A stretch of 63,549 bases of DNA, the filler included, from Intoshia linei (Eukaryota; Animalia; Orthonectida), in the NCBI GenBank assembly GCA_001642005.1. It is 5 parts of 5 records of this genome, joined end to end, with 100 filler letters (N's around TTAATTAATTAA, not from the genome) between each part and the next. Parts side by side here need not be neighbours in the genome. Positions count along the whole stretch, not along the records: positions 10,227 to 32,898 come from LWCA01000587.1; positions 32,999 to 56,437 come from LWCA01000562.1; positions 56,538 to 59,051 come from LWCA01002290.1; 2 more parts are not named here. One strand, written 5' to 3'. The position numbers and the translations under genes were made by a program. How positions within the stretch are numbered: the first letter of the stretch is position 1; every line of letters begins with the position of its first letter. The notes below the pieces were generated by a model, which was not told the DNA's origin, searched no databases, and saw only the letters and a list, made by a program, of their open reading frames with translations. Positions 25,014 through 57,645 of this stretch are shown one piece after another.

Positions 25014-25259
25014 TCAAGTCTTTTTTGAATTTTGTTCACGTTTTACTTTTTCAATTTCAGCTCGCAGTTGACTATGGAAGGTTTCTTCTACGTCGTCTTC
25101 GGTCCAATCAGCTCTAGAAGTCCAAACATCATAATCCAACTGCATGTTTACATTTTGACTGAAATTATCAATTTCAAATTCCTCAAATTCGTCATCTTCA
25201 TCCAAATTTCTTATAATGTCCATGTCTTCAGATTTTTCTTCAATTTCTATTTTACTCAT
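25014..25259 (-). CDS. SEM1: 26S proteasome subunit SEM1/DSS1 (intronless, ATG at 25259)
   Basis: LDEDDEFEEF...VW...W.EDDVEETFHSQLRAEIEK matches the DSS1/Sem1 signature. Confidence 0.9.
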   Translation of the reverse strand: MSKIEIEEKSEDMDIIRNLDEDDEFEEFEIDNFSQNVNMQLDYDVWTSRADWTEDDVEETFHSQLRAEIEKVKREQNSKKT

Positions 25260-25469
25260 TTCAAAATTATAATAAAAAGTTAAACTATATTGAAAAAACT
25301 TTATTATCGAAATTCGATAAAATACAAAAACTGTATATGGCAAACTTTATTAGATAATTTTTAGAGTTTTAGACTACATTTAGAGTTGAACCTACCATAC
25401 AGATACCCTCTTCGGGCTCGACAAAATATGTGTAAAATGAGTCCCAATTTTTCAAATTTGAAACCTTTA

Positions 25470-26135
25470 AAAAAATTCAAATCTATATAATTCATTCCTT
25501 CGCAATTTTTAAATTCCAAATTCTCATTTTCAAAATTTTTTTTAAAATTTAAATTAAAACTACAACAACGAATTACTAAAATTAATACAACTTTGTTATT
25601 ATCATTTTTATATTTATTACAATCATTTGCAATATTGGTAAAATTCACCTGAAATATGTTTACAAAATGCTGATTTCGTTAATTATTGATACATAATTGG
25701 TATTTTTAAGTATATATTAAATTGGTACTGACTATATTTTATCACATGGAAAATGACAAAATAGGTTTTTATAATTTTATTTTTTCTGGAATTTATGCTA
25801 TTTATGACAATTTTTGGATTGGACTGTTTTTACTTTATTTTTAATATGATACACACATTCTGTCTAATAAATTAAAAAAATGTGATAACAATTGTTTATA
25901 AAATTCTTTACGCAAATGTTAACAAAAAAAATTAAGATGGAATAATTCACTTTAAAGTAAAAAGTAATATAATATGACGGTTCCACCTGAAACAAGTTTG
26001 CAAACCACTCCTTTAAATAATTGATAATAGTGAATAGTAGGATTTTCAACTTCCATTAATTTTTTTGGTAGAATAAAAATGTGCCATCAGCAGAGCTAGG
26101 TGCTGTTTTTATATAGTACATAACAGTTAATCTAG
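25470..26135 (+). mobile_element. Helitron-like repeat, 3' portion
   Basis: Ends with hairpin GCTAGGTGCTGTTT..GTAC..AACAG and CTAG followed by T (~26135). Confidence 0.65.
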
Positions 26136-26755
26136 TTGTAATATAATTGAAAAAATTGAAATTGCGATTAAAAATTAGATATATTAAGTAAAAACGCTAC
26201 ACATTGATCAATTCTTTTTTAAATAAATTAATGTTGGTATCATGATCCACTTACATTGTATAAATTGCATAATTGTATAAACTGCATAAATTTCATAAAA
26301 TTTCAATAAATAACTACTATTGTAGAAAATGTTCTAAAAATTTTCTTTACTATATGTATATCTCAATTCCAAACAGATATTTCATATATTATATTATTTT
26401 ATATCCTATAGATATGCACTATTATTGCAAAATAGAAATGAAAAATCCAGACAATAGATTCAACGTCCCACATTCATTACAATATTATTTTAAAAATTGT
26501 AAACAGTAATGACACACATATTCTTTTGTTTTATACTAAACATGCTTACATTCAATATAATCAATTTTAAAATGAAACTCTGATAAAATGGTGGAGAACC
26601 ATTTCAGTTTGGAGACTATTACTCCAGGTTTTTAATTAATTTTTTTAAATTAATTTTATGATTTTAAAATTTAAAACTGTTTCTTGGGCGGGCATATTAA
26701 CCACATAAAGTGATAGACGGAATGAATTTGTTAATTACGTGAAATGTGATTTTAG

Positions 26756-27293
26756 GTTACCGATAAATCCTTGAGCAAAAAATTTTCAAAAGGTTAAACT
26801 AGTGTACGAATATTCGTTTATCCCTCGAATTTTGTAAAAATTCATAATCAGTATAGTTAATGTAATTAATTCTTCTAGGGCTGATAGCATCATTTACATT
26901 TTTTCTTATCATTACAATATACCAGATTATGCGTTTAATTTTTGTGTGTCACAAGGCGACTACTATATCGAAAATAGAAAAAAGGTATTTTTTTGTACAC
27001 TTAAAAATTTTTTGTACGTGTTTTAAAGACTGAACAATGTTCAGTGAACATTGATCTTATACAAAAATGTTTATATATTTTATAGACAACATGCTTACAT
27101 TGTTAATAAAAATGACAATCCAAATATATTTTCAAAGCCTAAAGACCATGATAATAGTCCAACTGGCGAAATGGTAAGTCAACCAATTCTATTACAAAAT
27201 ACAGTCAAAAATCAATTGGATGGTTCAGTAATGACCGAGGAAGGTTTCACAGATAATGAAACTTCCTTTCAAAATGATGAACATGATTTTTAA
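26756..27293 (+). CDS. 3' exons of an unidentified single-pass membrane protein
   Basis: GT-AG exons give VTDKSLSKKFSK|GLIASFTFFLIITIYQIMRLIFVCHK..|QHAYIVNK...NDEHDF*, a hydrophobic segment followed by a polar tail. The 5' end is unresolved. Confidence 0.4.
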
Positions 27294-27639
27294 ATATAAA
27301 ATATTTATCTAAACATATACAATAAATAGTTAATTATCATTAATTATCAGTACATTTTGGATTAATTAATATATACTGAGTATCAGTAGATATTAACAAT
27401 TATAATTGTATTACACAGTGTATTCTAATATACTCAGTGTTACCAAAAATAGCTGACACAATTCTTTCATTTAAGCATTACCCATAGGTGTTACTTCATT
27501 TTATTGTTATAACTTTCTTTTAGTACATATAAAAAAATTTCAGATTGATTACGGAAAAAGCTTACTCATTGATTAATGATCAAATAACAGTGAAAATCTG
27601 AGGTTTAAGAAATGTGGTTGATAAATATTTATTTTTACA

Positions 27640-30512
27640 TCATTTGGATATAACCCTTGCCAGTACATCCGATTCTCTGAAAATGTAGTGTTCCTAAATT
27701 TTGAATATATATTTAATTATTATAATCCTAAAATTCCGACCCGTGGCAAATTTTTAAATGTTATCATTGATATATTATTTTTCTAAATTTTGTGATTTAA
27801 ATTACTAGCTTGACTGTTTTGTACTTCGTACAAACAGTGGCTAGTTCTGCTGAGGGCATAATTTTTTAATACTACCAAAAAAAGAAATAAAATACTAAAA
27901 GGCTACTATTTGCTTTTACCAATCCTTTAAATCAGCCATTCTTAACGGGGTCCATGAAAATTATATACATTTTCAGTAACATAAAGGCTCAGAAATAATA
28001 ATATAAAACGTGAAAATAATGTAAAAATAAATTCTTTGGTATTAAATAAAATTACTTACAAGTGTAAAAACTTATTGGGAAACCTCCATTGTTCTATTTT
28101 AATAGCATCGTTTTATTTCATTATTTTATTAAAATGTATGACCGAGCCAAGTTTCTAGTCATAAAAAAAAGCTTTAAATTTCAAATTGAAAATGGGACAA
28201 AAAATCAGTCAATATTAATGATATAATGAAGCATCAACCAAGGGATATAAAATATTAATTCTTCACAGGAAGGATAGATAATATAGACTTTTTATTGATC
28301 TGATAAAATATGTAGTAAATAATTAATAATGTACTGTAAACAATACCTGAAAAACATGTTCGATTTTGGAAACATTGACGGGTTAAAGGCTAATATTAAT
28401 AGTTCATCAAGTTTATCACCTCGCAAAAATAGAGTACTCCATGTCTTTTAAGCATCATGCGTTTCACCCAAATGTAATGATTCATTGAAAATTATCATTA
28501 TTATTAATTTTTTTGGGGGTCCACAGCGAAAAAGGGTTGAGAATGCCTGCTTTAAAGGAGTGTTCCAAAGCTTTTTTCACTATGGACTGGTCATTTCACA
28601 TTAAACTGAAGTCAAAGAGAATTATTAACACTTAATTTTATTTTGTTAACATTTGTGTAAAAACTTTAAAAAACAATGTGGTGGTGTTATTTTTGTAATT
28701 GAAGTTGAAAAATTTAAAAATAAATGATTTACATACTTACTCAAAAGACCACCAAAATTGTTATGTGGACCACTGGATGCCGACCCTGCTCTAGAGCGAC
28801 ATAATCATCGATTTTACTAATTTATCATATTATTGATTATTTCAATAAATTTTTGTGGGGTTCTTTACACGGGAAATTTTTTCACCCAATTTTTAAAGAA
28901 TTTGAAGAAACATTTTGGGTCTAAAATTTGGTTGGGTTTTTAAGATATTATTTTTTTTTTACGCCAAATTTTAAAGATTTTTATGATAATTTTTCGACCA
29001 AAATTTAGGAAGGACATTTTTTTTCATCCAATTTTTAAAGAACTTAAAGATAATTTTGGGTCCAAAATTTGGTTGGGTTTTTAAGGTATTTTTTATTTTT
29101 TTTACCCTAAATTTTAAAGATTTTTATGATAATTTTTTGACCAAAATTTAGGAGGGAACATTTTTTTCACTTAAATTAGTGAAATTGAAATTTTTAACAT
29201 GTGTTAACTGGAAAAAACTATTAAATTATAGGACTTAGTTTTTTTCATTTTTTAAAAATGGGTAATTTGGAGTATTCGCTGTGAATATATAAGTTTTGAA
29301 AATTAAAATTGATGATAATGTTTATGATTTCAAAATCAGTCTCAGAATTTAAGTTTTGTAGCATTTTTATTGACTTCTTTATTTTAAAATAAAATGATAA
29401 TTAAATAAAATGTGGTTTTTACCCTAAAAGACTCAATTTTTGAAAATAAAATTTCCGATAAAACCTCACTCTCGAAAAAGTATGTTAAAAATTAGTGTTT
29501 ATAAAATTGTAAGCCTCTTATTTTCTTAAATAACCTGGAACAAACAGACAAATATAAATTTTTAGCTTAATTACTTTCATTAAGATAAGGATAGGAAAAT
29601 AAATTATGTAAACTATAGTGATTTATGATAGTGATAGAGATTATAGTGGTTCGCGATAATTGTATAGTAAATTATCGGTCCACGATGAAGAAAGTGTGGT
29701 AACTCCGGTTCAATCAAAAAATGATCAAAATAAAATTTTACGTCCTATCATTACTATTATGACGCTACCATGTCATTTAAAAAAAATTACAATTTTTAAC
29801 ATTAAAATTACCCCATCAGTTAATAAAACCTTGATACCATCACACTTTAGCAACAATACTTCATCGTCAACATTTATAGTCATTTTGATAAAAGATCCAT
29901 CCTAAAATTTTATTTTTAATTTATTATAAAATTTAAATAATTTATTATAGATATTTGATGGTTATTTGACGATAAGGGTTTAATCCTTTTGATTTCTTAT
30001 ATACTGGTTAATTCGAGAAAATTCATTTCTAGCAAATCACGCATATTTTTTGTCACAAACAAGATTCAAACTTATTTTGCAGATAAAATGAAAATGATTC
30101 AGTTGAAAAATTTCGGATCAAATATTATCGCTAACATTTTGTTCATTTATGCAAATTACCTAGTGAAAACAAAATTCGAGAATTTAAAAATATGTTGGAT
30201 CCATTCTATATTATTTATTAATATATTTAAAATCTTTATTTAATTTTTTTTCTACGTATTTAAAATTTGATAATTGTAAAAAGTTTCATTTCCTGATTCT
30301 GAACTATCACTCACTATCGGTAATTTAGTAGCTTAAATATATTAAAAAACTTCATTTCTCATGCCATTTCCAGTTTCAACAACTTTTGCACGCATCACTT
30401 TTCCTTGTGCTGGTGGAGGGATAATGATACCACTAGTGGTATTGATTGAATGATTAACATTTTTGACCAAAAATCGGTCAAACATTGGTATACAACGTCT
30501 CTTTACAAGTGG
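27640..30512 (-). CDS. HSPE1: 10 kDa chaperonin Hsp10 (exons 30512-30351, 29901-29812, 27693-27640; start exon not found)
   Basis: PLVKRRCIPMFDRFLVK..TTSGIIIP..AQGKVMRAKVVETGNG..|DGSFIKMTINVDDEVLL..DGIKV..|EHYIFRESDVLARVISK* matches GroES/Hsp10; phase-0 GT-AG introns. Confidence 0.9.
27933..28549. mobile_element. hAT-type MITE nested inside a Helitron-like copy (in an HSPE1 intron)
   Basis: Termini CAGCCATTCTTAAC...GTTGAGAATGCCTG with 8-bp TSD CTTTAAAT/CTTTAAAG. Helitron-family sequence resumes on both sides. Confidence 0.7.
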
Positions 30513-31125
30513 CTAAATTGAAATGTGAATATTTACTTCTTTTACTAATATTATAATTTAATTTTATAAAAAAAAAATTGTAAAATTTTTTTTGTTAACT
30601 ATAAATTAAATTCTATCATAATATACAGAAAATTATTTCAAATCTTGATGTAAATAAAAAAAATAATAATTTAACAGCCAAAAATTATTCGGAAACGTAC
30701 CTATATAAAATATCTGTATCTCAAATTAAAAATATTTATAAATTTGAATAAAAGAAGCTTTTACTGACATATAGTAATTATATCAATAATTGTTAATATT
30801 ACAAAAATAATTAAGAAAAAATGAAACTAAAATTGTTGAAGAATTGTTGTAGAAGGTTGTAAAATTAATATCTATGATTAAATTAATATGGCGTATAAAC
30901 GCATTTTAACAATATTAACTTCACATATTGTTAGAATATTTTCCGTTATATTTGGATAATCCATTCAACAATGCAAATGAATATTATACTCAATTTACTA
31001 AAAGTTTACAGAATAGTGCAAATTGTGCGCCGCAATTAAAAAATATTTGTTTAAAAATTTAAAGAAAATAGTGTATCGAAAATGTCCGAGATTCAGGATT
31101 ATTGAACTAAATCCAAATAAACGTA

Positions 31126-31425
31126 CTATATTGTTACCGAAGGATTAATAGGTGTACTTTGGTTATTACAAGCCATAATAATAGGAAACTTTGTGTCCAA
31201 TCTTTGATCGTTATCTCGACTAGTTCTATTTAAATTAATATCATTAGAATGTTGAGAACTTTTTGACAGGTTAAGTCGATGTATCCTGCTTTTCAAGTGT
31301 CGGCTTAAATCATGTCGGTGTTTTCTGTAGGTTCTTTTGCAATATATACATTCCACCAACTTATTCGGTAACGGAATGAATCCTTTAATATCGAGCCATT
31401 TTTGTAAACTATTAGTTGCCTTCAT
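31126..31425 (-). CDS. Short zinc-finger ORF (BED/CGGBP-like), possibly a hAT transposase N-terminus
   Basis: VECIYCKRTYRKHRHDLSRHLKSRIH gives a CxxC...HxxSxxH pattern; ATG-initiated, 99 aa. Confidence 0.5.
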   Translation of the reverse strand: MKATNSLQKWLDIKGFIPLPNKLVECIYCKRTYRKHRHDLSRHLKSRIHRLNLSKSSQHSNDINLNRTSRDNDQRLDTKFPIIMACNNQSTPINPSVTI

Positions 31426-31821
31426 CTTTTCAAAAAATAAATTAGCGTAAAATGTGTATGCGTATTACTACAACAACAATTATCAAATATACGCGTATTC
31501 AGGCAACATAAATTTTAAATTGTGCAACAGAAACTGCGTGATACGCAACAAGTCGGGTAAAATATTAGGGTATTTATATAATTCCAATGATTATAAATTA
31601 TAAATGTGTACACTAGGGCTGTTTAAAAAAAAATTAGCACATGGGCAGAGGGTATGCTTTAATATGTAAAAAATAATATGCCGTTATTAAAAATTTTCAA
31701 TTCTCAAAAAACATTAAGCGGAATTCAATTAATAACTTTAAAATACTATATAATAAGTGATGTTTATTTTTAAACATTTAGTCGGTAACTAGCGTAATAT
31801 TATAATTCATTTGGTTACATA

Positions 31822-32620
31822 ATAACTTATATAAAATGCGACGCGATTTTTGTTTGTGTGTTTTACTTTATTGAAATAACTAGCACTCTTAGAATTTTTT
31901 AAAGACCACATTTCAATTACAGTTTTTTCTGGGACGTATAATAAGATCAATTTCAACCTCACAATTTCACATCTTAAGGGTCAAAAACCCCTGTTGTCCC
32001 TCTTTTTGAAAAGCAAACAAATTGGAGAATTTAAAAAAATATATACGCTGATGCGGATTTTAAAATCATAACATTTTCATAAATTTAAATTTAAAAAAAT
32101 TATATCTTTATGGCCAAAACCCCAAATTCCCTTCCTTTTTTTGAAAACAGCCCTAGAATTTCAAAAAATTTCAATCCGATTAAGTGACGACTTCACGGTC
32201 AAAAAAGCATTTTAGTATTCATATATTTTTTTTCAAAATATTTCATTAAAACAAAAAATGTAAAATAATTAACGGTCCGAAGATTAAAAAAGATTATTCT
32301 GATAGAGCTTATTCCAGTTAATATAAATACAAAATTTTAACCCCAGAAATCTACGCATTTCCGGTGAAAAATAATTTTTAATATATTATCAAGCAATATT
32401 TTTCAAATATTTCGATTAAAACCAAAAATTGAAAATGTAAATATTGATCCTACAATTTCAAAAAAAAATGTGCATTGTACGTCTACACATTTCAAATAAA
32501 GACATATAGGTGAAAATGTATATAATTCATTCCTTCGGATTTTTTTTTATTACTACGCAATTTTTCAATCTCAAATTTTCATTTTCAAAACATTTTGTTT
32601 AAAATTTAAATTAAAAATAT
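31822..32620 (+). mobile_element. Helitron-like repeat copy (5' part)
   Basis: Starts AACTTATATAAAATGCGACGCGATTTTTGTTTGTGTG, as in the 61379 and 43410 copies. Confidence 0.7.
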
Positions 32621-32998
32621 AGTATGAAACTTTTGAAACCATAGTTAAGTTGACAATTACAAATTTTCACTGTTGATAACTCTGTCACTTCATTGGCAAC
32701 TAAGATGTACTGTTTAAAAATTATCTTTATTATAATAACAAAATGTTATACAGTCAGACAATAGATATTAACATTTTAATCATACATTTTTGTAAACCAA
32801 AACAAAAATTTTTTTTAAAATATACACAACATAAAATTTGTTTTAAATATACATTTTATAATCTATGGGGGTATGAGGGGGCAACAGAAGAAAAGCTCNN
32901 NNNNNNNNNNNNNNNNNNNNNNNNNNNNNNNNNNNNNNNNNNTTAATTAATTAANNNNNNNNNNNNNNNNNNNNNNNNNNNNNNNNNNNNNNNNNNNN

Positions 32999-33510
32999 GG
33001 TTTATCTATCCAAATTTTTTGTTATTTGTGCATACTGTTATGAATACTGAAAGAGCTAATGGTTAAATGGAAAAAAATTACATGCAACCAGCCAGTCTAC
33101 GTTTAGAAACGGATTTTCATTTAATAAATGTTACCAGACTAAGTCTGGGGATCCGTCTACAGCGTTTGTGAATATAATTTACAATATGGTTTCTTGTATT
33201 GATATATTTTGTAATAATGATGTTAACGGATTAATGTTAATGGGCGATGACAGTTTACTGATTCTAAAAAATACCCTCAACGATCCATTTCTTATTACAA
33301 GAACATTTTATATCCAATTCAATTTGACAGTTAAGTTGTTGGAACCTGCGCATGCATATTTTTGTGGCAATTACCTCATATATGTAAACAATATCTATAG
33401 ATTTTTGCCAGATCCATTGAAAAGAATAGAGAAACTTAGAGATTCGTATATTATTTTATGAAATGATCGGTAAATATGATATTGAAAAAGTCGTGTGGGT
33501 ACTTAGGAAA
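32999..33510 (+). pseudogene. Endogenous viral element: alpha-like (virga/nege-like) RNA-dependent RNA polymerase fragment
   Basis: ELMVKWKK[frameshift]LHATSQSTFRNGFSFNKCYQTKSGDPSTAFVNII (motif B), LMGDDSLL (motif C), FNLTVKLL..AYFCGNYLI..FLPDPLKRIEKL. This parallels tobamovirus-type YQRKSGD..T..GN / GDDSL / FCG.Y / DPLK.I.KLG. Confidence 0.88.
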
Positions 33511-34491
33511 TAGACGTTTCATTTTAAAAATATCCTAAAATACGGGATATTCTAGTGGTAATATTTTTTTAACATCATAATTGTTAATATCATCCATATC
33601 AGACGTCAAAAAGTTAGATAAACCCACATGGATTGATGTCATCGTAAAGTTATTTTTGCAAGATTCGTTAGATAAATTTGGATTTTTTTAACAAATCTTC
33701 CAAATGCTTTTGCATTGTTTTAGTATTTACTAAATTCTAATTATTTTTGTAATATTTTTTATAAATAATTTATTGAAAATTGAATCTGTAAATTGTAATC
33801 AATAATTTAAATTCAAGTTGAAAAATAAGATGAAAATAATGTAAACTTAATAAAAATTGGAGGGTGACTAACAATTTTTTTAAGAGAAAATACGCCATAA
33901 AATAATTTTCGAATATGATCTCAAAATTAACACACCATTTGCTTTAGTGGCCATCACTGCGTTATATCGATATATCATCAAGATTTACACTATCGAAAAT
34001 GTCGCACACTATTATAATTTGACATAGATTTTAAAACTCTCGGTTCCAATCTTAGAAATTAGTTTCATAGCTTTTCTCCATTAAAAACACAATAATTTGT
34101 TAATAAATTAATAATACTAACCCTGACTGATTTTTTGGAGACACCGTGACGTAAAATTTACTACGTTGTATGTTTTTACATATGAAACAGCCGCCCACGC
34201 AAAGCTATCTACTTTTTACACTGTAATGACATGCTAAATCAATATAAATTTAAACGTCACTTTGCAGCTGATATAAGGACATCAAATGGTTCGTCAATAA
34301 AAAAGATGTATGGGAATCCTGGTTTAGTTCATTACATACAAACTAAAAAGTATCTTTAAAGTTTAAACTAACTATACTTCAGTGTAAATATTTGCCAAAT
34401 TATCCAATAGTATATAAAAATTGCAGTTTATTATATGTACAATAGTGAAAATTCATTAATCCACGTTTAGTTTAGTCTGAGAATATAAAAA

Positions 34492-52214
<17,723 letters not shown>

Positions 52215-52254
52215 ACCACAATAGAAAAAAATTATACATATTTATTAATAAATA

Positions 52255-53871
<1,617 letters not shown>

Positions 53872-55120
53872 GTTTAAAAATTTAAGTAGCTAATTTTGTA
53901 ATTATTTTCATTCTATCATGTTTATTTAGTTGTTATAGTGTTTTTAATCTTAACTACTGTAATACTAAGACTTCTGTTAGTAGCAACAATTTTTATCGAA
54001 ACTACGTAGTATACTGTAATACAATAACTGTTACAGTTGTATAAAATTGTATAATTTCAAATGTAAACGTAACATCGGAAGAAGGAAATTTTTACATAAA
54101 GGGCTTGAAATTGTATTTTTTATTAAATTTTATTAATGATGGGATAAAAGTCGGATTTTTATCTATATTTTAAATAATTTAATTTTCGCGTACCATTAAA
54201 GCGATATTACTGACTGTAAACAACATTAAAAATTTTTGATAAAAAACGTAATAAATTGACTTGTAATTAGTAAATTAATTTCTTAAAAATTATTTCGCGG
54301 AATTGCATTTGGAAAACGCTGACATGTAATATTACCTTTTATTAAAAATGTCCTAAAATTTTATAAAACATTAATTATCCGATAGTTTTTAAAATTATAA
54401 GCATTATCATAAATCACAACCACAAAAAAATCATGACAAATTTTTTTATAAAATTCTTTACACAAATATTAAAAGAATAAAATTAATTGGAAATAATTCA
54501 CTTTAAATTAAAAAGTAATGTGAAATGACCGGTCCATGGTGAAACAAGTTTGGTAACTACTTCTTTAAATGATTGGTAATAGTGAATACTAGCATTTTTA
54601 GGTAAGATTTTAATGAATTTATTTTTTTGTAGTACTAAAAAATTTCACCCTCTGCAGAGATAGGTGCTATTTGTACCAAGTACATAACAGTCAAATAATT
54701 TTGAAAAAATTAATTTAATAATTACAAGTCAGGTTATGTCGTATTAAGTTTTTTAATGTTGCCTAGTAATATCGATTTAATGGTCCGAGATAAATTTTTT
54801 AATTTATTACCGGCCCGCCGTGAAAAAAGTGTGGGAACCCCTGGGTTAGAACTAAGTACTCAAAAAAAAAAATTTTTCTTCATGGTTGTAAAATTTTGGT
54901 TTATTATTTTGTGGTTGGATTAAGAATTTTTTTTGTAAGGTTTGATATAATCGAATTTTTAAATAATGTACTTTATTCAAATAAACTAATGTTTTAATTT
55001 TGCTAGTAATGCCTAGTAACCAGAAATGCGGGTAACACCCTTGCTCATGGATGATTCAATTTAAAAAAGATACATATAATTATAGATTATACATTGCATG
55101 ATTAACGTTTAATATAACAA

Positions 55121-56031
55121 CTATTGATTATTTATCATCTGTTCTTCTTGAACCTTAGTTTGTTCAAATTTCATTTCTTCACTCTATAAAATAAAAACTG
55201 ACCTGGATCATGATAAAAATAAAACCTGTTGAAGTTGTTGTTTAAGTTCATTATTTTCTTCTGTGAGAGCTTCATTTTTTAGTCTCAATTCAGCATTTTC
55301 ACTTTTGAGTGATTCAACGTCTGAAGTTTCAGGGAAAACACCAGAACAAAGTTGACGTCGAAAATATCTAATATTAACCGTAAGATTTAATTCATTTTTA
55401 TTACATTGTATAAAAACGTTAAAAATTGTAGTTATCAAATTTTTATTCATGGATTGATAATATTTGATAAAATTAAAAATTAATTAAAAATTAAAAAAAA
55501 ATTTTAAAAACTAAAATAAAAAGTTTATCGTTTTTAATCCAATTTTGAAATCCAGATGAAAACATTTTGTAATTTCACTACTTTATCTAAAAATATCAAA
55601 AAAGGAAGGAAATAAAAAACTTTCTAAACATGATTCGTCATTAGTTATTTAGTTATATTTATTTAATTATCCAACACACGTTTAAAATTAATTATTTATT
55701 TTATGTGTTAGTTTAATTAGCCAAAATATTGACTTTTAAACCATTGATTATAATTAACAACAAATATAATTATAGTTGACAAAAAAATCCAATAAAATAA
55801 TTCAAATTGAAAAATTACTCTAATGGGTTTTCAGGTTTCTCTGGTTCTTCATATAATCCTACGAGAACTAAATATGAATAAATGTAAAATTAAATAACCT
55901 AACCTTGAGTTAAATTGTTTAAAATTCCAGAATTATCTAGATATTTTTTAAATTCTTCATGTTTAGAATCTGCAGGCTATTAAAATGATGAAAAAATAAT
56001 AATTTAAAAAAAATACTCTATAACTCGACAT
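55121..56031 (-). CDS. MYCBP: c-Myc-binding protein (AMY-1), 5 exons
   Basis: MSSYR|PADSKHEEFKKYLDNSGILNNLTQ|VLVGLYEEPEKPENPLE|YFRRQL...ESLKSENAELRLKNEALTEENNELKQQLQQ|SEEM...* matches MYCBP. Confidence 0.9.
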
Positions 56032-56668
56032 TTTATTCAAATTTCAATGCAATAACTAAGATAATATACAAATAATTATACTGCTAAGGAAATAAACAAT
56101 TCATATAATACGTACGAGTATCAAAGTGATTTACAATTCACATAATCAAACTTAGAGGGTATATCGAAATAAACAATCAAAATTTCGATACAAACAACAT
56201 TGGAATGTAGTGTTGGTGACCCGATAAAGTCATAATTGACGAATCTAAATAACATTACTACACAACATATTACTATACATTTTAAATATAGTACTATCTA
56301 ATCATATGGATTCATTTTGAACATCTGAAAGCAGAGATTAACATGAGTGGTGGTTTTTATTTGTTTATACACTATATGTACACTAGGGTGGACATAATTT
56401 CAATATTTATGAATTTCTGATAGGACAAGATCCAAAANNNNNNNNNNNNNNNNNNNNNNNNNNNNNNNNNNNNNNNNNNNNTTAATTAATTAANNNNNNN
56501 NNNNNNNNNNNNNNNNNNNNNNNNNNNNNNNNNNNNNTTCTAGTAAATTCTAGCCACAATTGTATATATAATATGTATAATAATAATTTAAGTATAAAAT
56601 TTTAAACACAAGTTAATTCTAATATTTAATTTTAACTTAAAAGAACATTTTTAAATTATTGGAAATGT

Positions 56669-57645
56669 GTGCTAATCTCATGTCAGAGTTATAAATACGA
56701 GTTAATTATTAGTAATACAAGCTATCGTCAATTCAAAACATTAAAAGTATCAGATAAATTTTTGATAATATTTCATCATGTATTTGCATATCATACAATA
56801 TTATTAATATCTATTAATTGTTACATTGAATTTACTTTTGATAATGGTGACTTTTTTAAACATTTAGGATTTACTAAAAATCAGTGCATATCTAATTTTG
56901 AAACATTTTATGAATTGGGAATATCGTCAATTAGAGTTTTCAGTAGATCAATGTTTTTAGAGTTATATATTAATTATGATGGATTAACATGGATAAAGCC
57001 AATTAATGAATTGACGCACACTATGTCCACCATAAAGCTATACACTTCTACAAATTGCAATATTTTTTACGCGTTAAGTGAAACAACTCTTTGGTTATCA
57101 TTTGATGGTATGAGATCTTTCCACTTTGTAATAGATGATATTTTTATCAGTAAAATTGTTCAATATAAAAAGGAAATTTCCAGAAACTATAATATTAAGA
57201 CAAACAAAAATAAATTCACAACATTTATATTTTCTGTACACAAAATTCAACGTTGTTTAATTAAAAGTTTTCAATATAGGATGAGGAATGTTAATAGACT
57301 TGTAATATTTACTTATGTTTCAGATAAAAATGTATATATAGTCGAAAATGCACATTTGAAAATAGAAAAAAGTGAACAAGTACAATGTTCAAGCAACGCC
57401 TTTTATGCTTACCAAATTACAGTAGATGTACAAGTCATTATTGCGTTGGTGACAGTGCCCCTAATCAAACTAAAAAACATATATGTTTGAATGGAAGAAT
57501 GCAAAAAATAGATTTGGCAGGCTACAATTTAATATTCACTCCCAGTTACTACGAAAAATATTGTTGGCCAAAATATTTTCATGTTGCATCCAACATTACT
57601 CGTGATGATATTAAAAGACGAAATCAATCAATTATTTCAGGGTAG
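56669..57645 (+). CDS. Unknown protein fragment (frameshifted or partly spliced) with Asp-box-like motifs
   Basis: A 273-aa ORF overlaps an 86-aa ORF in another frame. Motifs TFDNGDFF, NYDGLTW, SFDGMRSF. Confidence 0.4.

Noticed and set aside
25361-26049. Short F/I/K/N-rich ORFs (also 41513, 61684, 61954)
   Set aside because: They are chance ORFs within the Helitron-like repeat.
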